Of a stretch of DNA of 64,000 nucleotides, positions 38,065-49,249 are shown in pieces (the stretch's first letter is position 1; each line of letters starts with the position of its first letter). Made by a program: the position numbers and the translations under genes. The notes beneath the pieces were generated by a model, which was not told where the DNA came from, searched no databases, and worked only from the letters and a program-made list of their open reading frames with translations. The DNA comes from Macrostomum lignano (taxonomy: Eukaryota): contig NIVC01001740.1 in the NCBI GenBank assembly GCA_002269645.1, forward strand, positions 62,001 to 126,000, given 5' to 3'.

Positions 38065-40239
38065 GTTTAGTTAATTGGTTTGCAGCAGCGTTGCCTGCCA
38101 AACTCTTTACCTTTTAATCAATCAACTTTCTTGCACGTCGCTTCCAATTTTTGTCTTCTCGTCTTGCGTCTGTTTGAATAGTCGTCTCGGTCTCCGCTGC
38201 TAAGTTCCTACCTGAATCTTCTTCCCTCGCTCTTTTGTTTCCTACTTTGTCTAAGTTTTCACTTTTTTTCACCCCCCGATGTATTTGTCCCAACTGGAAT
38301 ACTGGAATAGGCTGGCTGGAGGTCCAGTCGATGTGCTGCAATATGGCGATGCACTTGCTATGCTGCTACTATTAAGCTGCAGTGTGCGGCTCTCAGCTAC
38401 GGCCTTTAGGGACAAGCACACACATAAGGAGCGAGGCGCTGCAGCATCAGAAACTGGATGAGGAAGCTGCAGCCAATCAGGCTGCGTCTCCCAATGGCTA
38501 CTCTGATCTCTCTGGCGCACATGCAGAAAAAGACGGCTTTGCCAATTCTGTCAGCTATTCAAAATTTCTGTAGAATAGAACTTGGAGTGCAGCTCATCTG
38601 TTTGCCATTTAACTAAAAGTTCTATTTCACTCTGAACTGTTGGCTTGAAATCCTCAACTAAATGAGGGTGTGTTTTCCAAAGTCGTAGCATAGGCGCAAA
38701 ACTTTTCTCTGAACAGATATCAATTACGAGCTAGCATGATTCAGTTGTGTCTCATCGGTGAGCAGTGCTATGCTATCCACAGATTTTATATACTCCTAGA
38801 TGAGCCACTCCAGCCGCCTTTATGTATGGGAAGTAAAACGGTACGTTTCCAGCCATTCCCATCAAAGTTGCAAGGGCGGACAGAAACGTCATTTCTCTGT
38901 CCGGGAGCCAAAAGACTTATATGGAATCTATGGAATCACTTTCATAGTCTGGCCGAGGTTATAATTCATCTACAGTTAAGTTGAGAGAATTGCGCGCACT
39001 GACGTTAGGATCGTGTTTTAATATTACTCTACGTTGTTTGTTCGCCGCAACTTGCCATGCCTCTGGCGGACTAGTGGACCAATAAATGGTCAGAGTTATG
39101 TTTTCTTTATAACACCAATATTATTCAATGCTAACGTAGCTTGTTGTTACTGTTGTCGTTCAATTCTGACAGCCATTATAAAAATAAACTGTTGTCTACC
39201 TGTATAGGTCCAATCAACTATAGTAACGAGGATTGAAGATTTCCTTGACATTTCTGTCCCCGGTAAGACGCTCCCTGTGGGAATATAAAATCCGTGATGC
39301 TTGCTCGTATCTAGGGTAGACGGTAAGACGGAGTAAAAAATGCTCAAATATAGCAGCTATCAGGTTATAATTGCGAAAGCAAGAGAGATTTTGACAACAG
39401 ACACAGCAGTGAGAATCAAGCGATAGTTCTGCATCGCCCAGCCGCCAGTGCAATTGGCAATATGGCTCTGCTTATCCGAAATATAATTGAGACAGTCCAC
39501 ACGCATTGCCGTGCAGATGCATTCAAGCTGAAGCTTTGGCAGTTCAGCTCCCAGAATTAGGGGAAGGGAGTTACAGTTGAATAGCTGGCAGGGAAGACCG
39601 AACAGCAGCCTCACGCGAGTCTCCATAAACTGGCTAATGAAGGGCCCGCAGGCACAGCGGCCGCACTGGCCGATGAAGTAATTGTGCGGAGCAGCCAGTG
39701 AGGGATGCAGGAGGAGGCTGCAGCACTGGTTTTTGACGGGAGACGGATGGCGAGCAGCGCATGCGAATTGATCTGACAGTTGCATAGTTGCGATTGTGTG
39801 TAGCTCTCTCTGAGAGCGCCTGGATTGTTAAGGCCGCTATGCCATTGCTGTTGAATAGTTTGATTGATTGATTGGTTGACTGAACTCGTCAAGCACTATT
39901 TTGGAAGAATGCGGCTGTTAATTTTAAAACTAAATTCAATACTGGTGACTATAAGTTTAAAAACATTTCTTTAAAATTATTACAACCCTTTGACGTTCGT
40001 CATTTCCTACGTCTGTTCGGTACAATCTCGTATGACGGACAAAGCTAAATGTACACACAGCCATCGTGTTTCACCGACGTAACTCAGGAAGCTCTAGGTC
40101 GTTGCGACCTTACTCTACTCACTTATTATTTATCGATGAGTTCCTCTTCGCATTTCCGCGACAACCCCCTCAGCGAATTCAATCAGTGAACGAATAGATT
40201 AATGAGAGATATTCGAATACCAGAATCAATATCAGAGCT

Positions 40240-40740
40240 CAATGGGCGATTCACATTAATCCAGTGAACAACTGGGCGATTCCCATCATTTCAGTGACCA
40301 CCTTAGCGATTCTCATTGATCCAGTAACTAACTGGGCAATTCCCATCATTTCAGTGACCACCTTGGCGATTCCCATTGATCCAGTAACTAACTGGGCGAT
40401 TCCCATTGATCCAGTGACCAACTGAGCGATTACCATTGATACAGTGAGCAACTGAGTGATTACCATTGATTTAGTGACCAACTGGGCGATTCCCATTGAT
40501 TCAGTGACCAACTGGGCGATTCCCATTGATTCAGTGACCAACTGGGCGATTCCCATTGATTCAGTGACCAACTGGGCGATTCCCATTGATTCAGTGACCA
40601 ACTTGGCGATTCCCATTGATTCAGTGACCAACTGGGCGATTCCCATTGATTCAGTGACCAACTTGGTGATTCCCATTGATTCAGTGACCAACTGGGCGAT
40701 TCAAATTGATCCAGTGACCAACTGGGTGATTCCCATGCGG
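40240..40740. repeat. 30-bp minisatellite (GATTCCCATTGATTCAGTGACCAACTGGGC)n, ~16 copies
   Basis: Direct reading; edges diverged, centre homogeneous. Confidence 0.95.
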
Positions 40741-41626
40741 CCGGTGACTGAGAGTCTGAATTTCACGACTGAAGTCGTCTATGGCCAGAGCTTACTAAAT
40801 GCATGCACCAGCAATACAGCGAATGCTCTAAGTCAGTTGGTAAAAAAAGAAATAAATCGAAATCATTCACTTGCACCCTGACTCTTCATGAAAAGTTTAA
40901 GCTTATAATTTCTGGTCTAACATGCAGCAATAGACTAGTGAAAGTAGTATGTTTGCGAGCGTAACAATAAAAGCGATTTGCATATTACAAAAGCAGTCCT
41001 TTCACATTGCAAGTCCTTACTTGTGAACAGCTAAGAAAATGAAACGATGATGTAGCACTGATGATTATTGGTAAAATTACCACCTTCCTCATCCTAGGAA
41101 GAAAACACATCTCACACTGTTCTCAAGCTCTCAGTCCGATGAGAGGGTGGCCTAATCCTTTTTAAATTGAATTCTTTCACCCGAAGAGCCCTAAGAACCC
41201 TAAGACCATTAGGACAAAAACTAGGACTAGTTTTTAGTTCTTTAGCATCTTCTAAATTCCTCAAATATCTCACATTTGGACTCAAAAGTTTATCAAGCCG
41301 TTTTTTTCATGAAATGCCATACCGAAGACCGACAAGCAGGCAAAATTCCACTGTTCCTGTCTCCTTAGCTCGTAGTGCATTCTTTCTAGAGACTTTTTGA
41401 GGAACCTGGCCCATGGGCGTGCCATCTGATTCCTCCCCCTTGTGGACACTTTGTGTGATTGGTGGGAGGAGTTCTTTGTTGTTGTTTGTTATTCTAGACA
41501 AATTTTTCCACCAAATACGCTTGTAATCTTTACAGATGTTTTGCGAAATCCGTTTAGAATGTAAATCTGGATTTAGAGGGGAATTTTTTTAATTTTCTTC
41601 GAAATTTGCTAACCAGTACAGCAATC

Positions 41627-41798
41627 CGACGTCGGTGACGCTTCTGACGTCTATCTATGTCGCTGAAAAATGTGTCGCTTTATATGACATCGACAGACTA
41701 CGAGTTCATACGACGGATAACGACGTCACGCCAGCTAAATGTAAAAGTACATATTTTTCAGCGACGTCGATAGACGTCGGGAACGTTCGCCGACGTCG
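41627..41798. mobile_element. ~170-bp MITE-like element with ~50-bp imperfect TIRs rich in GACGTC
   Basis: CGACGTCGG..GACGTCTATC..GTCGCTGAAAAAT at the left is mirrored by ATTTTTCAGCGAC..GATAGACGTC..CCGACGTCG at the right. Confidence 0.65.
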
Positions 41799-41951
41799 AT
41801 CGACGTCGTACTTGCTGTACGGGTTACATGTAAATTTCAGCAAAGATGAATAGTTTGAGTGACGTTAGAAAATAACTGATGAGAATTGCAATTGTTGTCA
41901 AAAATCTTAGCATGCAAAGTCCAAGTCAAGCAACATAAACTAAGGCCGTGC

Positions 41952-42416
41952 TCACAGCAGCACGGGGTCGGGCTGCTTAGCCTCTGGATGGCTCTGCTCA
42001 AGCAGAAAACTGCGCTTCGCCGCTGCCTCAGCTCGAACCTTCTCGAGCGCGGCCTCGGCGGCCGCCGCCGCTGCTACCTCATCGACAACTGGCGACGTAT
42101 CGACCTGGACGTCTTTCTCATTGGGGCTGTCCTCGTACAGCGGATTAGTCAAAATAGTCAGGGGAGATTTCTGATCGCCCAGACCTTGAGCTCGATGCTG
42201 ATGTTGCACTGGGCGGATTTCGTACACAGAGTGCTCAGCTTCCTCTTCTAAACCGTCATCGTCCTCATCGTCGGCGTCTTCATCGTTTGACCGTCGTCGA
42301 TTAGGCAAATTTTTGCCACCGTCGATGTCAGAGGAGAATCGGTCTTGAATCACCGTGGTTGTGTAGGTCTCCTGTCCGCTGGCGCCCCTGCGGCACATGA
42401 CCAGACGGTTGCCCAT
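41952..42416 (-). CDS. Candidate orphan 154-aa acidic protein (MGNRLVMC..., NPLY motif, Ala-rich helical C-terminus)
   Basis: GC-rich non-repetitive ORF; GGC-ATG-G start context with an in-frame stop upstream; strong 3' splice acceptor (CTAAC..CTAATCTGCTTCCAG) ~105 nt upstream. No family recognised. Confidence 0.55.
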   Translation of the reverse strand: MGNRLVMCRRGASGQETYTTTVIQDRFSSDIDGGKNLPNRRRSNDEDADDEDDDGLEEEAEHSVYEIRPVQHQHRAQGLGDQKSPLTILTNPLYEDSPNEKDVQVDTSPVVDEVAAAAAAEAALEKVRAEAAAKRSFLLEQSHPEAKQPDPVLL

Positions 42417-43019
42417 GCCGAGGTTTGTTCTGCTTCACTCGGCAACACTCGCAGCCTTTGGATTTGCACCAAACCAAAGCTTTGTGCTGCTAACCAGCTC
42501 TTTAACTTCGGGCTTTCCACTGCTGGAAGCAGATTAGGCTGGTTAGCCAGCAGTTTGAAGGCTAGCGGCGCTCTTATCGGAACTTTTGCACCCCGATTTA
42601 GCGCCTGTAAGTTCGTACCATTGCGTACACTGGGGTTGACTGTGCAAGGCGCGGTCACAGTGCAATATCTAGCTCGTACAGTCCAAGATATGCCACGTGA
42701 AGTCGCGTCTCTCAGGAACGATCCTGCGTACTGCATATTAAGAAGCTTTTATTGAAGCAGCTATCCAAGATATAAAATTGGCTCTAGTGTATTTTAATAG
42801 AAAAATTACGCTCGTACGGATATTAGTAGTAAGAATAAACTGAAGTTTCTGGACAGTTTCTTTTTGCTTCACTAAGGCTGGACTTGTTGGTAGCAAAAAT
42901 CTTTAGACCAATGGACGTCTTTTATCAAGCATTTCTGAAGCTTCCAAATCAGAAAACAGTACAAAACGAGGATAAAAGATTAAATTACAATAATTTTATT
43001 TGTTTCTGATCCCAATTCG

Positions 43020-44762
43020 TCAAGCGTCAACGGAGAACACTTGCAGAGGTTTCATCTCGTCTTCATCAACTTGAGCATTGGCGCCGGAAGCATTGGTTGC
43101 AAGTTCAGTTCTCCGGGCGCCGCAGGGACAGCCCACAGGCTCCATCTCAGCCACGGTGTTGGGCATCGGCCTGTCCTTGCTCTCGGGCAGGAGCAGGATG
43201 GTCAGGCTGGCCAGGACGCAGATCACGCCGTACAACAGAGACGGCAAGTTGTCGTAGAGACTCGCCAGAGCACCGCCGATCTCCGGTGCCAGCAGTTGAG
43301 CGCCCCGCATCAAAATGGAGGCAACGAAGAATGAGCAGCTGCGGACTTTAGTCGGCAAAACTTCGGATCCGTAGACGGCCAGGATACTGAAGGCAACGGT
43401 GACGCTGAACTTGATGGCGATTGCCAGCACGCTGCTGCCTTGGAACACAATGTTCGGGTTGGTTGGAATGAAAGGCATGATGATAAGTCCAACTCCACTG
43501 AATGCCATATTAGCCATGCTGGTGTACTTGCGGCCAGCCCTGTTGGTGAGCTGCCAGGCCAGGATGTAGGCCGGAATCTCCAGTAGGCCAGAGATCAGCA
43601 CGTTCAGGTAGATATCTTTTGTGATGAAGTCTCTCTTGAACGACAGAGCGAAGTAGACCAGGGACACGGTGAAAAAGTTGAACGATAGTACACCGACAGT
43701 GACAAAGTACTCCAGCCGGCATAGGTTCTCCCTGGGAAAAATTTTGAAAATACAGTTCTCCTCTGGGGGCTTGTTTTCATCCGGAGGCTCAACCAGCTCG
43801 TTGTGCTCAAAGTTAAACTCGTTGAGCACCTCCTTGCAACCGGAAAACTTGCAGATTTCTTTTAATATTTTCTTGGCTCTTTTTGTGTAGCCGCGCGTGA
43901 GCAGCCATCTCGGAGACTCCGGAATGACCGGAATAAATGTGGCGTAGCCGACTCCAGCAATGGCGCAGGCCACCGCTGTCTGCACTCTCCAGTTGTGAAT
44001 GAAGTAGCTGATGGCCGCCGAACCGCTGTATCCTAAGCAGAACAGAATCCACATTAGATTTCCGTGGATGCCTCTGTAGTCCTCCGCCACAAGCTCCGTT
44101 ATGAGAATGGTGCTGATGATGACCGCTGGAACACCGAACCCCATGATGAAGCGCAGCACCATCTGCAGCGTCAGGTCTTGGACGAATATCACGGCAATGT
44201 TGCAGGAAATGTCCAGATAGGCAAAGCCGACCAACACCGTCTTTCTGCCGATAATGTCGCCCAGGGGACCAAACACGGTGGACAGACAGATTCCGAACTG
44301 CAGCATCGTCTGGATTCGATCCATCAAGTACTGTCGCTCGCACACCATGGAGTACTCCATGAACATGGTCCAGCGGGTTGGCGGGTCAGGCAAGAACGTC
44401 CACGCGCTGCAGGCCTCGGCCGGGACGCTGGTCCGATTAACCGTCGATGCGTTTCCTTCGGACGATGATTCGAGTCGCAGCGATCCGTCCGAGTCTCGAA
44501 ACAACCGAGGACGACTGCAGGTGAAGCTGTTGATGGTGAAGTTGTCAGGCATGCTCGCATTGTGAGCGATGCTGGACCATGGCACCGTCTGGTTGTCAAG
44601 CGTGACCTCAGCGCAGTGGAAGGGCACACTGGCCGTGACCAGGTTCAGTATGAACATGTCGAATGCGGCTTTCATGTAAATGATGGCGATAAGATTGGTG
44701 ATGACCCATCGGTAGCAGGGTCCGGACTTTGAAATTTTGGTGAGTAGTTCTTCGTACTGCAT
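43020..44762 (-). CDS. SLC22-family (organic ion transporter, MFS) paralog A, intronless, ~580 aa
   Basis: Large Cys-containing extracellular loop after TM1; motifs GDIIGRK, ELVAEDYRG, PESPRWL, GRKYT, EVLPTKVR, LLPESK. The ATG is chosen by alignment to paralogs B and C (MxYEELL). Confidence 0.95.
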   Translation of the reverse strand: MQYEELLTKISKSGPCYRWVITNLIAIIYMKAAFDMFILNLVTASVPFHCAEVTLDNQTVPWSSIAHNASMPDNFTINSFTCSRPRLFRDSDGSLRLESSSEGNASTVNRTSVPAEACSAWTFLPDPPTRWTMFMEYSMVCERQYLMDRIQTMLQFGICLSTVFGPLGDIIGRKTVLVGFAYLDISCNIAVIFVQDLTLQMVLRFIMGFGVPAVIISTILITELVAEDYRGIHGNLMWILFCLGYSGSAAISYFIHNWRVQTAVACAIAGVGYATFIPVIPESPRWLLTRGYTKRAKKILKEICKFSGCKEVLNEFNFEHNELVEPPDENKPPEENCIFKIFPRENLCRLEYFVTVGVLSFNFFTVSLVYFALSFKRDFITKDIYLNVLISGLLEIPAYILAWQLTNRAGRKYTSMANMAFSGVGLIIMPFIPTNPNIVFQGSSVLAIAIKFSVTVAFSILAVYGSEVLPTKVRSCSFFVASILMRGAQLLAPEIGGALASLYDNLPSLLYGVICVLASLTILLLPESKDRPMPNTVAEMEPVGCPCGARRTELATNASGANAQVDEDEMKPLQVFSVDA

Positions 44763-45458
44763 CTTCTCTAGTGCGGTTGAAAGCATTGAGAAATGGACAG
44801 CCTATGGCATATATAGAGAAGCCCAACAAGCCTCAATTGTCCTTTTGAGTTACCGTCCTTTTTTCAAGCAGAGACTGTCAACTTTTCTATTTTGCTCAAG
44901 TTTGATCTCCAGCTCCTAATTGTGCAAGAATGTGCAATGAGCGATGAGCCACAGAATCTCAGCGCTGCTTTTGAGCTTAGCTAGAAATGCTTTTTATTTG
45001 CTATTCATGTTGAAATGGGCTAGCTATATACTTTCTGACCACTTTTTGGCATTTTTTGGTTGGCGATTGCCTGTTAGCTTAGCTTCATAGCTTCATGGCT
45101 TGCAAGGTGCAACGCAACGCAAAGGTACGCTTGCCTTGTACTGTACGAATGTTTTCTAGTGCATAATTATACTCATCTTCGGGCGGGTCTGGCTACAAGG
45201 CTGGCACCTATAGCCACATAATTTAGTCCGTATAACCGCTTTGAAACTTAATCATGAGTTACAGCTGTGTAATGCGATTTATTATCAAAACAGTTGCCTT
45301 CTCCGGGATTTTACTTGGATTTTACCTCGTAATTTTTTTTACCATAAATTTACCATAAAGTCGTTTGGCTTCCAGATCATTTCTACGAAAATCGAGTTGA
45401 AGCTAGCATTCTTCTGCTGTAGTTTCCCGTGTCTTTTTGGCGGTTGCTTGATATTCAA

Positions 45459-45740
45459 GGGGTTCTAGCCTAGTGTTTAGAGTTAGAGCGTCGAACTTAC
45501 GACTGAAAGGTCGGGGGTTCGATTCCCGATCTCAATTGGAACAATTTGCGCCCTTGAGCAAGACACTTACTGTAACTCTGCATTGCTTCAGTTCACCCAG
45601 CTGTAAAATAGGTGCCAGCATTAGTTGGGGTAATTGAGGGTGTGTGGCGACCCCCCAGTCCTTGGACTGAACAGCCAGCCGTACGCAGCCTTCAGATGCG
45701 CCGCGCAATAGCTGCGGCTGAGCTGTCGGTTGCACATCTG
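45459..45740 (+). mobile_element. tRNA-derived SINE with CORE-like central domain, copy 1
   Basis: A-box-like TAGCCTAGTG and B-box GGTTCGATTCC, followed by CCTTGAGCAAGACACTTA...CAGTTCACCCAGCTGTAAAATAGG, which resembles the MIR CORE. A second copy lies at 48402-48605. Confidence 0.8.
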
Positions 45741-45764
45741 CTGCCCAATAGGGCAGGTGAAATC

Positions 45765-46194
45765 GGCTACCGGACATTTGCCCTCCGGCATTTGCCCTCC
45801 GGACATTTGCCCTCCGGCATTTCCCCTCCGGACATTTGCCCTCGAGGACATTTGCCCTCGGGGACATTTGCCCTCCGGACATTTGCCCTCCGGACATTTG
45901 CCCTCGGGGACATTTGCCCTCGGGGACATTTCCCCTCCGGACATTTGCCCTCCGGACATTTCCCCTCTGGAAAAGTACAGGTAAGGCTGGGGATAGGGTA
46001 GGGCGCGGGTATATATTGCTTACTAGAAAAGGATGAGTTGTTGGCTGGAGAAGAACCTGATGGATGCAAGAGGCGGGAGGATGAGGTTGGTGCTGGAGGA
46101 ACGACGGGTGGGTACAGGAGGAGGTGAGGTGAGTAATGTGCGAGGGGGTAAATTTGCAGAGGGCAAATGTGCGGAGGGGAAATGTCCGGAAGCG
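45765..46194. mobile_element. 430-bp Mutator-like MITE with 9-bp TSD and 15-bp subterminal tandem repeats (GGACATTTGCCCTCC)
   Basis: GGTGAAATC occurs directly on both sides (45756-64 and 46195-203). TIRs GCTACCGGACATTT / AAATGTCCGGAAGC. The subrepeats are inverted at the two ends. Confidence 0.85.
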
Positions 46195-46671
46195 GGTGAA
46201 ATCAGTTATTTATTTATTATTTTATAAAAAACAGTAGCTATGAGTAGTTAGTAACCCATGTACAATACTTTGCTGAGATTTCTTGGAACAGCATCCAGCT
46301 GTTGAAGAAATTGAAGGAGGCGACCTGAGTGGATCTGACGTGCGGCGAAGAGATTTTTTGTGAAGCACCGATGCGCTGTCAAATCCAGATCCGGGAAAAA
46401 GCCGATCCGTTCAACTGCCTGCTTCTGACGTTTTGTTTCTGACTAAAAATCAAGACAAGACAGCAAGAGTGTTGTACTTTTCGAATGGCTCACTTCTGAG
46501 CTGAGCTAGTTGCTATGGCTTTTAGTTTCAAACCAGTTTGAGAAGTGTTCATTAGGTCATATATTTTATAAACATTTCCAGGGCTTTTCATTCTGCAGTG
46601 GCTTGCTAGCTCCACTGACTGTGGGCAAGGGCAGTTTAGTGGTAAACGCGTCAGTTTTGGCTCTTATTATA

Positions 46672-47105
46672 TTAAACGTTTTTTCAAGTGACAGAACAAT
46701 TTAACATGAAAAATCGATTAATGCGTCGTTAGAGCAGCATGTGAGGCACAAAATAGTGTGATTAGGACTTTCTCTGACACTGTTTAGAGACCCAATCACT
46801 GTTTTAGTGTTGAAAATCGTGAAGTTTCCTATCTCCGTATTGTATTCTTCCGGTGAAACCTGCCTTTAAAACTATTTTTGAACAAAAAGCTTTATGAATA
46901 TCGATAGAGCAATAAGAAAGGCACAACATATCAAAAGATGAACACTGGATCTGCCTCCTATCAAAAGCAATAACAATTTTTGTGCTGAAAAAATGAAAAC
47001 CTCCTATCTCTGTAGTGTATTTTTAGGCGAAAATTTGCCTTCAAAACATTTACCACAGATTTCGAGTGTAGCGTCCTATATATATGTTACTGGAGTAGTC
47101 CTTGG
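46672..47105 (+). repeat. Second, 5'-truncated copy of the 34551-34991 segment (near-identical)
   Basis: Same sequence from TTAAACGTTTTTTCAAGTGAC to GAGTAGTCCTTGG, with a few substitutions and one short indel (ACGCTCGT missing). Confidence 0.95.
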
Positions 47106-47535
47106 GGTGTTTCATAGACCACTTGTCAGAGTTACAAGTGTGACCAAGTGAGCAGTGAGTAGCGATTTCCGTTTCATAGAATTACAAGTGACAAGTGACA
47201 AGTGAGTAGTGACAAGTGCTAGTTACAAGCGGTTTGTTTCATAGACATCGCTTCTTGAAGAGTGAGCAGCGTTTGATTTTCGACAAGCTTGAGCAGTCCC
47301 GCGAGATTCGTCAAACTTGTAACTATCAGATTTCGCTTCGCATGGCAACATGTTCGATTCTGATTCGGACTTTTTGGTTGAAGCTGTTGGCCACGTTGCA
47401 CTGGCAAAGAGACCCAGAAATTTTAAACCACGAATAAACTTTCAATTTGAGGATCGCGCCGATCATCACCAGTCACGTTTTCGACTGACTGAGGAGGACG
47501 TGGATACAATGTGTACTATGATACAGAATTAGATC
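47105..47535 (+). mobile_element. Probable PIF/Harbinger remnant: terminal sub-repeats plus truncated transposase N-terminus
   Basis: TTTCATAGA x3 and ACAAGTG repeats, then ORF 47350-47532 (KRPRNFKPRINF...SRFRLTEEDV) resembling the RFRL-containing N-terminus of HARBI1-like transposases. Confidence 0.55.
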
Positions 47536-47604
47536 ATATCCAGGGTCCAACGGGAGTCGGCTGTGGCTGCGCCTGGGACGGACTTGATGCTTGGCCCATA
47601 GATA

Positions 47605-47728
47605 TCTAGTCAGAATTGAGGCGCCAGAGTCAGAATTGAGGCGCCAGAGTCAGAACTGATGCGCCAGAGTCAGAACTGATGCGCCAGAGTCAGAACTGAT
47701 GCGCCAGAGTCAGAACTGATGCGCCAGA
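47605..47728 (+). repeat. 20-bp tandem repeat (GCGCCAGAGTCAGAACTGAT)n, ~6 copies
   Basis: Direct reading. Confidence 0.92.
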
Positions 47729-48401
47729 TCCAGGCACCTCAATTTCTAAACTTCCAAATTTCTCTTTCAGCAAGAATTGCCCGAAGTTTGTGAGTGGAAG
47801 CAGCTCCTTTTTCAGTTTCAGCTGTCCATGGCACTCAGTTGTGCGTGCCGGTGACAGGATAGTGACAGGATAGTGACAGGATTGTGACAGGAGCGGCAGA
47901 GTTCAGCCACTCAAGCCCGGCACCAGTGGATTAGATTAACTGCCTCTGCCTGACTTGCGCCGGCCAAAACTGTGCATGCAATATAGGGACTTCACGGACT
48001 CAAAGAAACCAAATAACTGAACTCTGACTGAGGGCAGCTCGCCAGTCAGTCCAAAAAACCGCTGACATCTGCTGCCAAAAATACTCTTTCAAGATCATTT
48101 TCTCGTCAATTTTTTTACATAAGTCAGATACGGTTGGGTGGCTGTTTTGGTGATCGGTCTGACTCTCTGGCTGGGGGCATGAAATTCTAGAGGATCTGGA
48201 GTTGAAGCCTAATAGCCTGACATGCAATCATGAACGACAGGAAGGACACAGGGACAACTAAAACTTGAATTTTTAACGAAAAAAACCTTACTAATCTCTC
48301 GTCTATTTTTCTAGCGCTATTTTTCCTATATCCATCAGGATTCATCAGAACCACAAATCTGTGTTTTAAAGGTTTGCCGCTATCTCAAACTTTCGAAACT
48401 G

Positions 48402-48605
48402 GAACTCACGACTGAAAGGTCGGGGGTTCGATTCTGGATCCCATTTGGAACAATTTGCGTCCATGAGCAAGGCACTCAACTCTGCATTGCTTCAGTTCAC
48501 CCAGCTGTAAAATGGGTGCCAGCATTAGCTGGGGTAATTGAGGGTGTGTGTAGCCTTCAGATGTACCGCGCAATAGCTGCGGCTGAGCTGTCGGTTGCAC
48601 ATCTG
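48402..48605 (+). mobile_element. CORE-like SINE copy 2, 5'-truncated with an internal deletion
   Basis: Matches 45500-45740, including the B box and the CORE-like segment. Confidence 0.85.
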
Positions 48606-49249
48606 GAAATTAGGTTAAGTTAGTAAGTTATTAGGCTATTAAGATATTAAATTATTAACTTTTGAAATGATCAATTTTTTAAAAAAGGAATGCAACTATG
48701 AAATTTTTAGAAACGTTTGCAATTTTTTTCTTTTGGCAGCCTGGCATTGCTTCGATCGCCACTCGCTAGGCATTCTGCTCTGACCTGTCAGTCCTGCCTG
48801 ACAAACTTTGCCGGAGCCAAGCAAAGGGGAAACCAGAGAGAGAGACGGCTTTTATTAATTTTTCCTGCAACCCCACTTTGCCGTTCTTCGTCTCCTCCTC
48901 TGACTTTTCTTCTGCTGCGATTCAGGCCGGCTCTCCAGTGCGCAGGTGCTAAAATTCCCCACGAGGTGAAAAGCACTAAAATGGTTTTACTGCTTGCCTG
49001 CGAAGCCAGCCTTATGGCTGCATGTCGCATTTCCTGCCCGACGTGGGAGCGGGAGGATTAGGAGTAGGAAGTTCAGTTTTGTCAGTCCCCCCCCCAAGCC
49101 AGAGACCCCTGAGGCTAGAAAATCAGCAATGCAACATGGTGTGCAACGCACTACGGACCGCATTTGCAGCCACCACGTTCGGTTTATTTGTTTGACTTTT
49201 TTTCTCAAATTGACTGGGAGAAACGGAAAATTTGAAACGTACAGAACAA

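Noticed and set aside
40251-40881. 10-aa repeat protein (VTESMGIAQL / NWAIPIDSVT) from the 30-bp array
   Set aside because: Unit variants are mostly non-synonymous, or create stops on one strand, and no splice or start context was found; treated as non-coding.
48320-48350. Hammerhead-like CTGATGA-ATCC-TGAT-GGAT on the minus strand
   Set aside because: Four extra nucleotides separate stem II from GAAA, and no stem III, NUH triplet or stem I can be formed.
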